A DNA stretch of 64,000 bases from positions 87,535-151,534 of IMG/VR virus record IMGVR_UViG_2894625894_000003; one strand, written 5' to 3'. The DNA is from a virus. Lineage: Duplodnaviria; Caudoviricetes. Positions 29,031 to 38,647 of this stretch are shown here, piece after piece (position 1 is the stretch's first letter; the number at the start of each line of letters is the position of its first letter). A model generated the notes under the pieces. It made no database searches. It saw only the letters and a list, made by a program, of their open reading frames with translations, and was not told where the DNA came from. The position numbers and the translations under genes are program-made.

Positions 29031-29765
29031 TTATCCGAAGAGATCGTCGTCCCCTACTGCTGACTGGACAGTGGGATCGACTGGTGGACCGGCTTGTGGA
29101 CTCAGTTGCTGGCCCTCAGCTGCGGTAGTCTGGCTATCGGCTGGGGTAGCTGGAGCTGCCGAAGCGTTTGTCTTTTTAGCCGACTTACTGGCTGATTTAG
29201 TAGAAGGCTTGGGGGCAACTGTGACGGGTACCAAAAAATCATCCGGTTTGGTATCGGCTGGTAATTCCGTCTGGGGTTGACTGTCGGGCAAAGACACTGC
29301 AGCCGGGTCAGCTGGAGGGACCAGTGTACTAACAGGCTCCGGGGCTGGGGTCCCCTGTTTGAATAGATCCAACACAGTATCAATGGCGGGGCGCTCCGTC
29401 TCTACCGGTATGGGTATATACGTCGATGCTGTATGGCCTGTTTCCTGTATACCTGCCTCGGGTAAAGTGCCGGTTGGGGCGGGCACGTACTGATCGTGAA
29501 ATTCATCGGCCGTCTTAACCAGGTAGAATCCATCGGGATCCAGGATGACAAAGTCACCCAGCCGTAAAGCCGTTAACCCGGCTGGTGTTTTAACGACGGG
29601 TCCCAGTTCGGCATAAAACGGTACGTATTCATGACGGTAGGCAATCCGAAATACATTGCCGGTTTTGCGGTCGATGTGACCCCATTGAAGAAATTCAGGT
29701 AAGGTGTCCTCTCCCTGGTACTGGTAGGCATCTACGTACCGGGGTTTTTGAAGATAACTGAGCAT
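29031..29765 (-). CDS. Phage protein with low-complexity Pro/Ala C-terminus
   Basis: KP..VDAYQY N-terminus, GDFVI...F...Y motif. Confidence 0.6.
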   Translation of the reverse strand: MLSYLQKPRYVDAYQYQGEDTLPEFLQWGHIDRKTGNVFRIAYRHEYVPFYAELGPVVKTPAGLTALRLGDFVILDPDGFYLVKTADEFHDQYVPAPTGTLPEAGIQETGHTASTYIPIPVETERPAIDTVLDLFKQGTPAPEPVSTLVPPADPAAVSLPDSQPQTELPADTKPDDFLVPVTVAPKPSTKSASKSAKKTNASAAPATPADSQTTAAEGQQLSPQAGPPVDPTVQSAVGDDDLFG

Positions 29766-30102
29766 AAGGGTTACTACATTACAGAATGATCAATCGGAAA
29801 CACACCGGCCGATGACAGGTATGAATAATCAAATAGGGAATCGAAGCGGCCTGAATCCTTTCTGCCTGCGTAAAGCATACTCATGTAACTGTGTTTAGGC
29901 TTTTCAAGTAACAGGGTTCGGGTAGGATCTCTTAAACCAGGGTGGGTCCAGGCATTACATTGCTGTTTTAAAAACCAGTCACAAAATGATTCCGGTGGTT
30001 GTTTCTGGTAGTCCCTGGATTTTTCCAGTTTTTGGAGTAATCCTCTGGCTACTGCTGTTTCGTCCGGTTTAGTAGGAGCCGGACTGGGGGTCCAACCCCC
30101 GT

Positions 30103-30312
30103 CTAAAAAGGGCGTATTTTAATCGTTATCTGACTGAGTCGATCTTCAAACACCTCCGGGATGGCACGGGCTATTTTAGTTTTGGCTCCATCTTCACTAA
30201 TCGACAGGATTTCTGTGATGGGTACAACCACTTCTGGTTTAACGCCGGCTTTGCGTTCATCGGCAGTTGGGTAAAAGATGGCTACACCCTGGAATAATTG
30301 TTCGTTGTTCAC
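30103..30312 (-). CDS. Small phage protein
   Basis: Co-oriented 69-aa ORF ending IRPF. Confidence 0.55.
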   Translation of the reverse strand: MNNEQLFQGVAIFYPTADERKAGVKPEVVVPITEILSISEDGAKTKIARAIPEVFEDRLSQITIKIRPF

Positions 30313-30347
30313 GGTAAAAAATTGGTTTTAAGGTTACTACAACGTGT

Positions 30348-30836
30348 TTATTTAGATAGGATAGAGAAGTCGAACAGCTCATCGAACGCCTTCGAATACT
30401 GATTCCAGTCCTCGGGGCTCATTTTCATACCCAGGGGTTTGACCTCATTAGGCAGGGCATCCCGCTCGGGGTTAAAGTTTTCGGTTAGTTTTCGACGGAA
30501 CCAGTTGATGGTCAGCGTGTCGGAATAAGACTTCCACTTTTGAAGAGTGGTTAATCGGTTGACAACAAACAGTTCCTGGTTAAATCGGAGGATACCTTTA
30601 TTGTGGTTTTCCGGTGAAATCTGGTTGATCCGGGCTGGAATGGCCTGTAGCTCGGAATCAAAGTACTCCATCTGGTTGACGTAGTTGATTAACTCTTCAA
30701 CCGAGCTGAAGTAAACCGGAATGTGACTCTCGTCGATGAGGGCTTCATTCAGGCTCTCTTCCGTAATCTGGTCAACCAGAGCATTGAGTTCGGGGGTGTC
30801 TAAATCGGCTTGTGAAAAATTGGTACGGGCATCCAT
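30348..30836 (-). CDS. Hypothetical protein
   Basis: 162-aa co-oriented ORF after terL. Confidence 0.6.
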   Translation of the reverse strand: MDARTNFSQADLDTPELNALVDQITEESLNEALIDESHIPVYFSSVEELINYVNQMEYFDSELQAIPARINQISPENHNKGILRFNQELFVVNRLTTLQKWKSYSDTLTINWFRRKLTENFNPERDALPNEVKPLGMKMSPEDWNQYSKAFDELFDFSILSK

Positions 30837-30878
30837 GCTATAGGTGGGATGAAAAAGAGTAAGAAGTATGTAAGGATC

Positions 30879-33026
30879 CTACCGGCGTCTGAAGCCGAAG
30901 GGAGACTTCCGAGAGGAGCTGGTTTTCCCGGATCCTGCTTGTCCGAGGCTCTTCTGGGGATCGAGGCCCATCCAGGCATTGGAAGGCGTTCGCTTTTGTT
31001 CCGTCACCGGTTTAGGTTCCGGTTTGAGGATGGCCATCGGGAAATACTTGTTGAGGTATTTCATGTAAGCCAGGGCGTGACCGTTACCAACGGCCCGGTC
31101 GTAGTTGCCCTTAATATTGGAGGGGTCGATGGCCAGGTACTCATCGATCAGTACCGGGTCCAGCCAGCGGGTATAACCGTAAATGATATTCTCACTGGTA
31201 ACGTTACCCGAGGCATCCGTGATCTTATCGACCCGGAGTACCTCCCCGGCATATTCCACTGAAGCCCCCAGCCAGTAGGCAATGTTTCTTTCCGTAGGGG
31301 CTAATCCGTACGAAGAAGCCGCTTTCGATTTGGGATTAATAGTTTGCTGGAGGCTCCAGGTTTCCACCAGGAATTTCTCAGCTTCCTGCCGCTCGTCGAA
31401 AAAGTTGAGGACCATGTCATTACTGACCTCGTGGAGCATCTTCCCTCCATACAGAATTAGAATCTTCCGGATGGTGTGGAAAAAAATATTAGTGGACCCT
31501 CCCGGACGAGCAACGTAACTAAGTACCATCGTATCCTGGAAGGGATCACTAATATCCTCATACCGACGGCGGTAGAGATAAAAGGCACCTAGTGAGGGAG
31601 ACGTACTGGTCGAAGCGGTGTTGTACGGGTCAAGCCCTCCCGCATGCAGATAATAGGCATCCTTATGGCGAGGCTCCTCATACATGATGATTGCCGCATC
31701 CAGTTTATCCGATTTCTGGGTAGGATAGTTAGCAATAGGTACCTTGTTGGATAACTTCCATCCCACATCACCTGCCTTTTCGTCTCCAATGTAAAACAGA
31801 TCGACGGCCCGTCCCTGGGGGTTTTCACGTAGCCAGTCCCGGTGTTTAGTCATTCCTTCTTTATACTCTTCGAAGGGATTGGCCGAACTGGTGAGAAACA
31901 TCTGGTCGATGGTCCGGGGTGCAAACATCTGGGCATTGTTACTGGATTTTTTGTCATCCGATTTCTCAGCTTTGGCAAACTCTTCATCCAGTACCCGGTT
32001 TGCTTTTTCAAAATCGGTTTCCTCCATGGGGAAGTTGCCCAGCTCACCCCCCGGGTTATAATCCAGTAACCCCTTTTTGACCAGGTATTCCCCTAGTGTG
32101 GTAATTTGTTTAAGATCCTGTCGATACCAGCCCCCCACAAAAAGCCCAGTCTTCTTACCATCATTGGTATACGTCCGTATATTGTTGGCTTCGGGATTAA
32201 GGTAAAAGGATTTTGCATCCTGAGACTTTTCAACGTTACCACCGGTGAAGGCCATAAACGGAGCACTACGTAACCCATACTTTCCTTTCAGAGCCGGTAT
32301 GATGGCATCGTGTGCCGAAATAAAAGGGGCCTTGGCAATTTCATCAAAAAAATACCAGGTCGTTGATTTACCTGCCCCAACTTGGTCATTATTTCCCTCT
32401 TCGGTCAGGTAGAGGAATATACGACTCCAGATCTGTTCGGTATTGTCCTTTTGCTTGAGGCCGAATTTCACTTCGGTCTTTGCCCAGGTCTTATCAATGG
32501 AGGGCATGTAAAAGATGTCCTCGAATACCCGACCATCTGAATCCGGGGTCAGGCTGTAATTCATGCCTACGTTGAGCTTTTTGGTAAAAGTCTCTTTGTC
32601 GGCTTTGATCGAAAACAGTCCTACTATCTCCGAGTTCCGAATCAGCTTGAGCTGCCGGCAGCACATGGATACCATGTTGTCTGTTTTGCCGATTTGCCGG
32701 GCACCTCCAACACAAAATATCTCTTTGGCTAATCGGGCCAGGTCATATTCAGTGTGTATGATCCAGTCGTTGTCCCGCAAATTGGGACGCATAGCTAGTC
32801 GGGGTCGTCGCTCGTCATCGGTATCGACCATGAGCAAGTGGTGACACAAATGGTAATAGAGGGAACCAACCAGTGGCACCCCATTAATATTTACCCCAAT
32901 GAGGCATTTTTCGGTTTCAGCCTCTTCGAAAGCCTGCCGGTCAGGATGCCCATCCGGAGGAATATCCCCCGGTTTCATGTTTATATAAAGCTCGGGGGAA
33001 TGAATATTAAATATGTCACTTTCCAT
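30879..33026 (-). CDS. terL: Terminase large subunit
   Basis: Walker A GGARQIGKT, Walker B FFDEIAK, nuclease GGLDPY and GNYDR motifs. Confidence 0.93.
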   Translation of the reverse strand: MESDIFNIHSPELYINMKPGDIPPDGHPDRQAFEEAETEKCLIGVNINGVPLVGSLYYHLCHHLLMVDTDDERRPRLAMRPNLRDNDWIIHTEYDLARLAKEIFCVGGARQIGKTDNMVSMCCRQLKLIRNSEIVGLFSIKADKETFTKKLNVGMNYSLTPDSDGRVFEDIFYMPSIDKTWAKTEVKFGLKQKDNTEQIWSRIFLYLTEEGNNDQVGAGKSTTWYFFDEIAKAPFISAHDAIIPALKGKYGLRSAPFMAFTGGNVEKSQDAKSFYLNPEANNIRTYTNDGKKTGLFVGGWYRQDLKQITTLGEYLVKKGLLDYNPGGELGNFPMEETDFEKANRVLDEEFAKAEKSDDKKSSNNAQMFAPRTIDQMFLTSSANPFEEYKEGMTKHRDWLRENPQGRAVDLFYIGDEKAGDVGWKLSNKVPIANYPTQKSDKLDAAIIMYEEPRHKDAYYLHAGGLDPYNTASTSTSPSLGAFYLYRRRYEDISDPFQDTMVLSYVARPGGSTNIFFHTIRKILILYGGKMLHEVSNDMVLNFFDERQEAEKFLVETWSLQQTINPKSKAASSYGLAPTERNIAYWLGASVEYAGEVLRVDKITDASGNVTSENIIYGYTRWLDPVLIDEYLAIDPSNIKGNYDRAVGNGHALAYMKYLNKYFPMAILKPEPKPVTEQKRTPSNAWMGLDPQKSLGQAGSGKTSSSRKSPFGFRRR

Positions 33027-33370
33027 TAGGCCGAAGAGGAATCTGAATTAAGCAGCAACCGTTCGACACGGGATGGGAGTTGTCCTTGCCCTCCACGAAT
33101 TTCAACCACATCAGCAGCACCTTTCCGCATTTCTTCCAATTGGGGAAGCAGCTTGGTCAATTGCTCCATAGCTTTGATGTTGGCAGCAAATTGAGCCTCA
33201 ATTGTGGCAATGATCGTTGGAATAGATCCCCCATTCGCTGTGGTTTTATAGGCCATTCGATCCTCCAGTTCGTGGACAGGTCTAGCTTCCAGAAATTGGA
33301 TGTATTCATCCACTTTCTTTTCCAGGTATTCCAGCTCGGGCAGTGTGTAGGTGTGTTTTGCCTTAGCCAT
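33026..33370 (-). CDS. Putative terminase small subunit
   Basis: Helical 114 aa, TAATG-coupled to terL, C-terminal IRGG. Confidence 0.55.
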   Translation of the reverse strand: MAKAKHTYTLPELEYLEKKVDEYIQFLEARPVHELEDRMAYKTTANGGSIPTIIATIEAQFAANIKAMEQLTKLLPQLEEMRKGAADVVEIRGGQGQLPSRVERLLLNSDSSSA

Positions 33371-33381
33371 AACCGAGGAGC

Positions 33382-33699
33382 CTAGTAGTTAGTCGTCTCC
33401 GGGAAGAGATCGGAATAGGTCTTTTCCATCGAAGGGCGGGGCACTTGTGGTGATTCGCCTGGCAATCCGAATAGCTGGACCAGAATATGATCAGCCGCTT
33501 GCCGGCGGGTTTTATCCTGCCCTTTTCGAAAGGCGGTCCCACACATGACCCGTTTAAGGCCCATTGTTGTCTGGGGCAGTCGAGAGGTGTAAATCATTAG
33601 ACCGAATTCATCCATCCAGGCATCTTTATCCTCCAGATAGGTAAATCCAAAGGCCTGGAGGAGCTCCGTGGTTAAGGGAACATCGTGTAGGTTTTCCAT
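33382..33699 (-). CDS. Hypothetical protein
   Basis: PLT.ELL..FGF phage-type N-terminus. Confidence 0.55.
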   Translation of the reverse strand: MENLHDVPLTTELLQAFGFTYLEDKDAWMDEFGLMIYTSRLPQTTMGLKRVMCGTAFRKGQDKTRRQAADHILVQLFGLPGESPQVPRPSMEKTYSDLFPETTNY

Positions 33700-33726
33700 C
33701 TGAAAACTGTCGGGGTGAAGGGTGTA

Positions 33727-34134
33727 TCATCCGGCAAAAGCCTCCCATTTAAGGGGCTGACTGTTACCGGGGTTATTTTGGTTGTAGTAGCTCAGTCCGC
33801 ACATGTTGTCGGTACGGAACGAGAGGACTTTGTAATCAATGTCACAGGAACAGATGCTGCAATGCAGATCCTGATCGGATCGATTGGTGAAATAATGCCC
33901 CCCAAACAAAGCATCAAATTCAGGTGATGTCTTGGCATTTAGGGAGTTAAACGGGCATCCCTGACATAAGGCCATTCGCCGGTCGGCTTCGGCCGCTTTT
34001 TGGGGATCCAGTTCACCGGCCGTCTGGAGAGCTTTGTTCCAGCGGGCCTCTAGTACGTTGTCAATGTTTTTGGCTCCCTGAGCATAGTAGTGAGCCATTT
34101 CGGCAAAATAAGACCGGGGTTTTGTCGGGTCCAT
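33727..34134 (-). CDS. Zn-binding protein (crAss capsid-module type)
   Basis: R...CQGCP ... CSICSC...K...C...KW. Confidence 0.7.
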   Translation of the reverse strand: MDPTKPRSYFAEMAHYYAQGAKNIDNVLEARWNKALQTAGELDPQKAAEADRRMALCQGCPFNSLNAKTSPEFDALFGGHYFTNRSDQDLHCSICSCDIDYKVLSFRTDNMCGLSYYNQNNPGNSQPLKWEAFAG

Positions 34135-34299
34135 TATGAAAGAGAGAAGAATGGTCGGGTCCCCTGCTGCCGCAGTCGGACCCGGAATGGAGGTGGCTTG
34201 AAGGAAGGAACGGCAGACGGGAGGAAAGGCCTTACTACGGTTGGAAGCACATTATCCGGTTTACAGGCATTTTACCGGCTCTTTCAGGATTTGGCAGTT

Positions 34300-34307
34300 C
34301 AAAGATA
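34300..34307 (-). promoter_or_regulatory. Bacteroidota -7 box (TATCTTTG)
   Basis: Exact TAnnTTTG, intergenic, ~165 nt upstream of Zn-finger gene. Confidence 0.5.
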
Positions 34308-34309
34308 GT

Positions 34310-34654
34310 TTATTTATTTTTACCCGTATAGCGGTAGCCCAAAATATTTTTTAATCGCCACAGTTTGGTGACATTTTCCCGGCACTCCTGCTGGACGGCC
34401 TGGACATTATAGGCGGGCTGACCGGGTTGCTTCAACCGTCGGTGCCGGATAAGATACCCACCTAGTTGTTTGAACAGCAGGGAGGGGTTGGTATAGAAGG
34501 TCCCCAGGTAGCGGATATAGTAACCTACGTGATAGGGATTGGCCAGCTGAGCTCGTACGTGTCGCCAGTACTCATCATTGATCCGGGCAATAGTCGATTC
34601 CGATATTTTCAGATCCATCGACACCTTCCGGTTGATCTGGTTAATGTCCTTCAT
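34310..34654 (-). CDS. IHF/HU-like protein
   Basis: KVSMDLKISESTI...IRYLGTFY HU-like pattern. Confidence 0.6.
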   Translation of the reverse strand: MKDINQINRKVSMDLKISESTIARINDEYWRHVRAQLANPYHVGYYIRYLGTFYTNPSLLFKQLGGYLIRHRRLKQPGQPAYNVQAVQQECRENVTKLWRLKNILGYRYTGKNK

Positions 34655-35015
34655 TCCAGCCGAATTTGATTACGTAGGCCATCTTATCGCCCTCCTGTAC
34701 GGCCTGTACCAGGACGGGGTCTACGACATAGGTTCGGAACTTTGTATTCTTCAGACTAATCACTCCCTGCTTGCGAAGGTTACCTCGGATCTTGGCCAGG
34801 GTATGCCGGGCCATCTCTTCGCTCAGGTTGGGTAGTACATCACTGACCAGTAGAGTATCGGTTTCTCCACTCACCCCATGTAGGGCATAATAAGCTAGAA
34901 CGGTTAGTTCCCGGTAGTTATATTTCCAGTGACGGAGTAGGTAGTAAATTTCCAGAAACTGGCGGATGGCATCAATGCGGGTTGGGTGCTGACTCGGGGC
35001 TATGATTGTAGCCAT
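34641..35015 (-). CDS. Winged-HTH-like protein
   Basis: RELTVLAY...LRKQGVI...VDP. Confidence 0.5.
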   Translation of the reverse strand: MATIIAPSQHPTRIDAIRQFLEIYYLLRHWKYNYRELTVLAYYALHGVSGETDTLLVSDVLPNLSEEMARHTLAKIRGNLRKQGVISLKNTKFRTYVVDPVLVQAVQEGDKMAYVIKFGWNEGH

Positions 35016-35922
35016 GTTTTTGTCTGTAGTCGCTAATTAACTTGGTTACTTCTTTCCGCAGGTACGGAGTGTGGTAGGGAATTCGGGTACCGTCGTCGAG
35101 ACAGTGAGTGAAACGGGTGGACCGGATTGTATAGCCGCACCGTTCCAGCATTCGGCCGTAAATGGAGATCTGTAGGGCATAATGCCAGTAGTTGGTATCG
35201 TGCAGGTGGGCCACAGGAGCCTGCATCTTATCGTACCGATTGGTCTTTTTTATTTCCTTATTAGTCTTCCAATCGTCGAGGTCTACGTACCGGATAGCGG
35301 GTCCATCCGTTGTATCCCACACATAAATACCATCCTGTTTTACCAGGTTAAGTGTGGAGGGTTTGACGAGTTCCGTCGAAATCCAGCATCGGTCAATCTG
35401 ACCAGCTGTCTGCTCAAGGTGATCAAAAACCAGCAGCTCAGGCCAGTAGCCGTCCGGTAGTTTGGCCAGATCGTACGTGTAGCGGTCCTTAGGTTGGGTA
35501 ATGCCCTGTAGTTCATTATTACCTAGAATACTGTAGCCCAGCTGGTAGGCTTCATATTCCCGGGCATTATGAAACAGGGTACCTTTGGTACAGGCCTGGT
35601 CTTTGGTTTCCTGCCATTCCTGGAGAATGACAACCTGTGTATGGAGGATCTTGTTGAAGAATGCCGGGTAAGCGGCCAGTAGAAACTGCCGGAGCCTGGT
35701 TTCGGTTTTATCGGCCTGCATGATGATCCGGCTGGCCTGGCTCCACGTAGCCGACTTTTTGGATTCCTGGACTACCCGCTGGGCCGCTTTATAGAGGGAC
35801 CAGTACTGTTCGAGAAAAGGCTGTTTGTAGTGACCAATGAGCTGAGTAGCGGAGGTATATCGAATGTTATTCTCATTGGTATAGATGTGCTTTTCCGCGT
35901 CGAAGCGGACGGCTTGAACCAT
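34972..35922 (-). CDS. PD-(D/E)xK nuclease (crAss-type)
   Basis: F....H.Y, YTSATQLI, GT.FH, AGQID, DWKTNK, YALQISIY motifs. Confidence 0.85.
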   Translation of the reverse strand: MVQAVRFDAEKHIYTNENNIRYTSATQLIGHYKQPFLEQYWSLYKAAQRVVQESKKSATWSQASRIIMQADKTETRLRQFLLAAYPAFFNKILHTQVVILQEWQETKDQACTKGTLFHNAREYEAYQLGYSILGNNELQGITQPKDRYTYDLAKLPDGYWPELLVFDHLEQTAGQIDRCWISTELVKPSTLNLVKQDGIYVWDTTDGPAIRYVDLDDWKTNKEIKKTNRYDKMQAPVAHLHDTNYWHYALQISIYGRMLERCGYTIRSTRFTHCLDDGTRIPYHTPYLRKEVTKLISDYRQKHGYNHSPESAPNPH

Positions 35923-36032
35923 GAACCAGAGGAGGCTGAACCGGGGGCGGACGACTGTCCGGCTGAGGTGAAAGAAAGACTTTCCCGGCTTGTGGGCTGA
36001 AAGCCAGTTTATACCAGCTTTCTATGATTCTC

Positions 36033-36040
36033 CAAAGGTA
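36033..36040 (-). promoter_or_regulatory. Bacteroidota -7 box (TACCTTTG) heading the late operon
   Basis: Exact TAnnTTTG upstream of the first late gene. Confidence 0.55.
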
Positions 36041-36058
36041 TAACAGTTTTTCGGTATT

Positions 36059-36076
36059 ATACCCATTTTCCGGTAG
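36059..36076. promoter_or_regulatory. Candidate operator ATACC-N8-GGTAG (1 mismatch)
   Basis: Overlaps expected -33 region of late promoter; see findings. Confidence 0.45.
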
Positions 36077-36193
36077 AATATTTTTTGAGTACTCTGAAAA
36101 AAGGGTATAAATCTACCTATATTAAACCAGGTTTCTCTATTGCAAATCTGGTAAATTCTGGTTAGACTTGGTTGGTTTTCAACCTGATACTCA

Positions 36194-37096
36194 ATGGAAA
36201 TAAATCAAGTACCTGTACTCCCGGATCGGTTAAATGAGATTACCAAAAACTTGGACCGGTTTCGGGCTTACAACCTGTATTGTTTGGTAGGCGTTTGCGT
36301 GTGTGCTGTATCCACTCTGTCCGGCAAACTTACCCATACTGCCTTACTGGAATACACTGGAATAATCCTTGGGGCTGTCTCTGCATTCGGAGCCGCTTTT
36401 TTCAGTAATAAAACAAATGGCATTACTCGGGCCCTAGTAATTGAGGCAAACCAACAGATTACTTCTGTTCAAGATCAATTACGTTTTGTGGAGGCTAGTC
36501 AGAACGAGTCAAATAACTGGTTAAGTGGAAGTGAAAGTTACGGGGTTATTCTTTTTTCTATTGCTCCAACTGAAACAGATAATGAGTTTGTGGTCAGCTT
36601 TAGGGATAACGATCCTATAATTTGGGTACCTCTCTCTCGTATTCGGTTAAAATTATTTTTTTTCCAATGTGGGATTTATCCTTTGTATAATGTATCAATT
36701 TATCGTAAAGAAGATAATTGGCCAAGTACTCAGATTACACCAAATTACATTATTACTGAGACCAATAAATTTGTACCTACATATTTGGGTGAATTAGTGA
36801 TGGACATTACTGAACCTATTAAATTAGACTTCCATATTTTTTCCAGGAATAAATCCTGGGAGCAGTCTATTGAAATAGATTTAAAACAGTTTTCTGAAAA
36901 TGGAGGATTAAATAAATCAGTATTGTTAAAAGAAATGGAGCACCCCCAACGGGTTGTTTTACAGGATTTACAATTACTTCCCCGTAGCCCTTCTGAGTTC
37001 TATAGCAAACTCTTTATTGAGGACCTGTTTAATTTATTTGCTATAGATTCCAGGAAGAAGCTGTATGATTTAATCAGATCCATTCAGCCTCTTTAA
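36194..37096 (+). CDS. AT-rich membrane-anchored moron protein
   Basis: Two N-terminal TM helices; opposite strand to flanking genes; visibly lower GC. Confidence 0.65.
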   Translation: MEINQVPVLPDRLNEITKNLDRFRAYNLYCLVGVCVCAVSTLSGKLTHTALLEYTGIILGAVSAFGAAFFSNKTNGITRALVIEANQQITSVQDQLRFVEASQNESNNWLSGSESYGVILFSIAPTETDNEFVVSFRDNDPIIWVPLSRIRLKLFFFQCGIYPLYNVSIYRKEDNWPSTQITPNYIITETNKFVPTYLGELVMDITEPIKLDFHIFSRNKSWEQSIEIDLKQFSENGGLNKSVLLKEMEHPQRVVLQDLQLLPRSPSEFYSKLFIEDLFNLFAIDSRKKLYDLIRSIQPL

Positions 37097-37550
37097 CCGG
37101 TTTATTTCCTTCATATCCCCGTTCCAGTACATCCTTTAATCGGGCGGTTCGGCTGCTGGTTGACCCCCGAAAGGTAAATCGAGGATTGACAATATAGGTC
37201 CCTTTGGCACTGGACAGCAAGGCCTTATGACTCTTTAGCTCGTAGATCACATTGGATACCGTTTTGGGACTGATTCCAAAATGATCGGCAATTTCCTCCC
37301 GTAATCCCTTATTGATAGCAAAGGTACGGCCGTCCCCATTCTGGCGGGCCAGGTATCCATATACCATTATCTCCGGACAGGGATTTAATTTATTAAGCAT
37401 CTCCCAGAAATCATCGTATACCATGTTGTAGGGTTCTTTGGCATTGACCAGGTATTGGTGTTTGGTTACTGACCGGTTAACTACCTTTCCATCGTGGTCC
37501 ACGGTCATAGACTCTTCGACTAATCCTGTCTTTAAATATGGTTTATCCAT
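37074..37550 (-). CDS. RepL-like winged-HTH protein
   Basis: EIADHFGISPKTVSNVIYELK HTH plus YIVNPRFTFRG RepL-type motif; start at ATG 37550 below -7 box TATATTTG (37576-37583). Confidence 0.75.
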   Translation of the reverse strand: MDKPYLKTGLVEESMTVDHDGKVVNRSVTKHQYLVNAKEPYNMVYDDFWEMLNKLNPCPEIMVYGYLARQNGDGRTFAINKGLREEIADHFGISPKTVSNVIYELKSHKALLSSAKGTYIVNPRFTFRGSTSSRTARLKDVLERGYEGNKPVKEAEWI

Positions 37551-37610
37551 TATACCCGTTTTAACCAGCTGGAAACAAATATACCGATTCATTTTATTTT
37601 ACCCAACTCA

Positions 37611-37675
37611 ATGCCCTATTCTGGGGCATGAATCACCCCTGAACTGGGGCATATATATGCCCTATTCTGGGGCAT
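37611..37675. repeat. Three 19-bp quasi-palindromic repeats at 23-bp period (iteron/operator-like)
   Basis: ATGCCCTATTCTGGGGCAT at 37611 and 37657 (identical); 13/19 copy at 37634. Confidence 0.85.
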
Positions 37676-38080
37676 TGATAATCTCGTAATTATCTGGTTT
37701 ACTGATCATTAACCCCTCCTCTCTTCTTCTTTCTTTCTATGGGATTTCTGGAAGAGATACCATGTACCGGAATCTGTCCAAATTTTTCAATGGGTCAAAA
37801 GGCTGATCGTCAGTGGGATGAAAGGCCGGATTAGGGTATGAGCGATTGGGATGAATGTGGTTGTCAAAATTGGTCCTATGGGTTTATGAGACCAACCCTG
37901 GGCTGTTCTCTTGCCCCCCTTACCATCGTCGTTGTACCCCCACCCCCCGGGGTCGGCAATCTGGATTTGGACCGGTTGCTGGCTATTTGGGTAAATGGGA
38001 AATCGATACGGGCAGTGTCCACCGGATGACCGGACACATCAACCACAATCGCCTGGCCTCCGTGAAGGGCCGAAGAAACC

Positions 38081-38647
38081 ATGCGTACCAACATCGCAAC
38101 CCCAATGTTCAATGCTGATGCCGATTTACTTGGAGGTGGTGCAGCCACCCAAACCATGACACCACCGGCAAGCTCGGTCAATGTCAACCCACCGGTTAAC
38201 CCCGGCAAGCTCAAGCTGCCCGAAACCAAGACCATCCAGGGATACCTGTTGAATGCCGAGATCATTGACGCCAAGAACAACACGGAGATTGTCCTGCTGA
38301 CCGTGCAGGATGCACACAACAAGGTCCACACCATCAGCTCATCACCGGGCTACTGGACCCGTGTGGGTAAAGCCTTCAAGGAGGATGACGTGGTAGAGGT
38401 CAGCTACGAAAAACGTATTGCCCACGTAACCGGATACCACAAGGGCGGAGACGAGAACACACCCCTGACGGCCCACGAATCAGACGGTTCAAACCTGGCC
38501 TCGATCAAACGGTTCAGCAAATCGGCCTTCGAACGGATGCTTCTGGCCCAGGACGAAGACCGGCTGGTTGGCCGGGTGGAAGCTACCGAAGATTCCAAAG
38601 CCCTGGCCGTGGCAACCCTGCTCGGTGGTCTATATGGCCGTCGGTAG
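38081..38647 (+). CDS. First early gene, possible OB-fold/SSB-like protein
   Basis: 188 aa, beta-rich core; followed by a GU-rich hairpin at ~38666-38708. Confidence 0.55.
   Translation: MRTNIATPMFNADADLLGGGAATQTMTPPASSVNVNPPVNPGKLKLPETKTIQGYLLNAEIIDAKNNTEIVLLTVQDAHNKVHTISSSPGYWTRVGKAFKEDDVVEVSYEKRIAHVTGYHKGGDENTPLTAHESDGSNLASIKRFSKSAFERMLLAQDEDRLVGRVEATEDSKALAVATLLGGLYGRR

Noticed and set aside
22407-33026. Introns or inteins in MCP, portal or TerL
   Set aside because: ORFs are continuous, of ordinary size, with no intein or homing-endonuclease motifs noticed
749-35460. Numerous plus-strand ORFs in the ORF track (e.g. 21864-22706, 26687-27406)
   Set aside because: Antisense shadows of well-supported minus-strand genes in GC-rich DNA
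1-35922. Stop-codon reassignment (TAG/TGA) as in some Crassvirales
   Set aside because: Genes are full length in the standard code, and TAG/TGA act as stops at tight gene junctions (e.g. 21444, 18761, 1708); no suppressor tRNA seen
37611-37675. Mini-CRISPR array
   Set aside because: Repeats are 19 bp with 4-bp spacers and no cas genes; better explained as iterons or operators
37838-38334. Short ORFs at the strand switch
   Set aside because: Overlap each other or the 38081 gene and have no motifs
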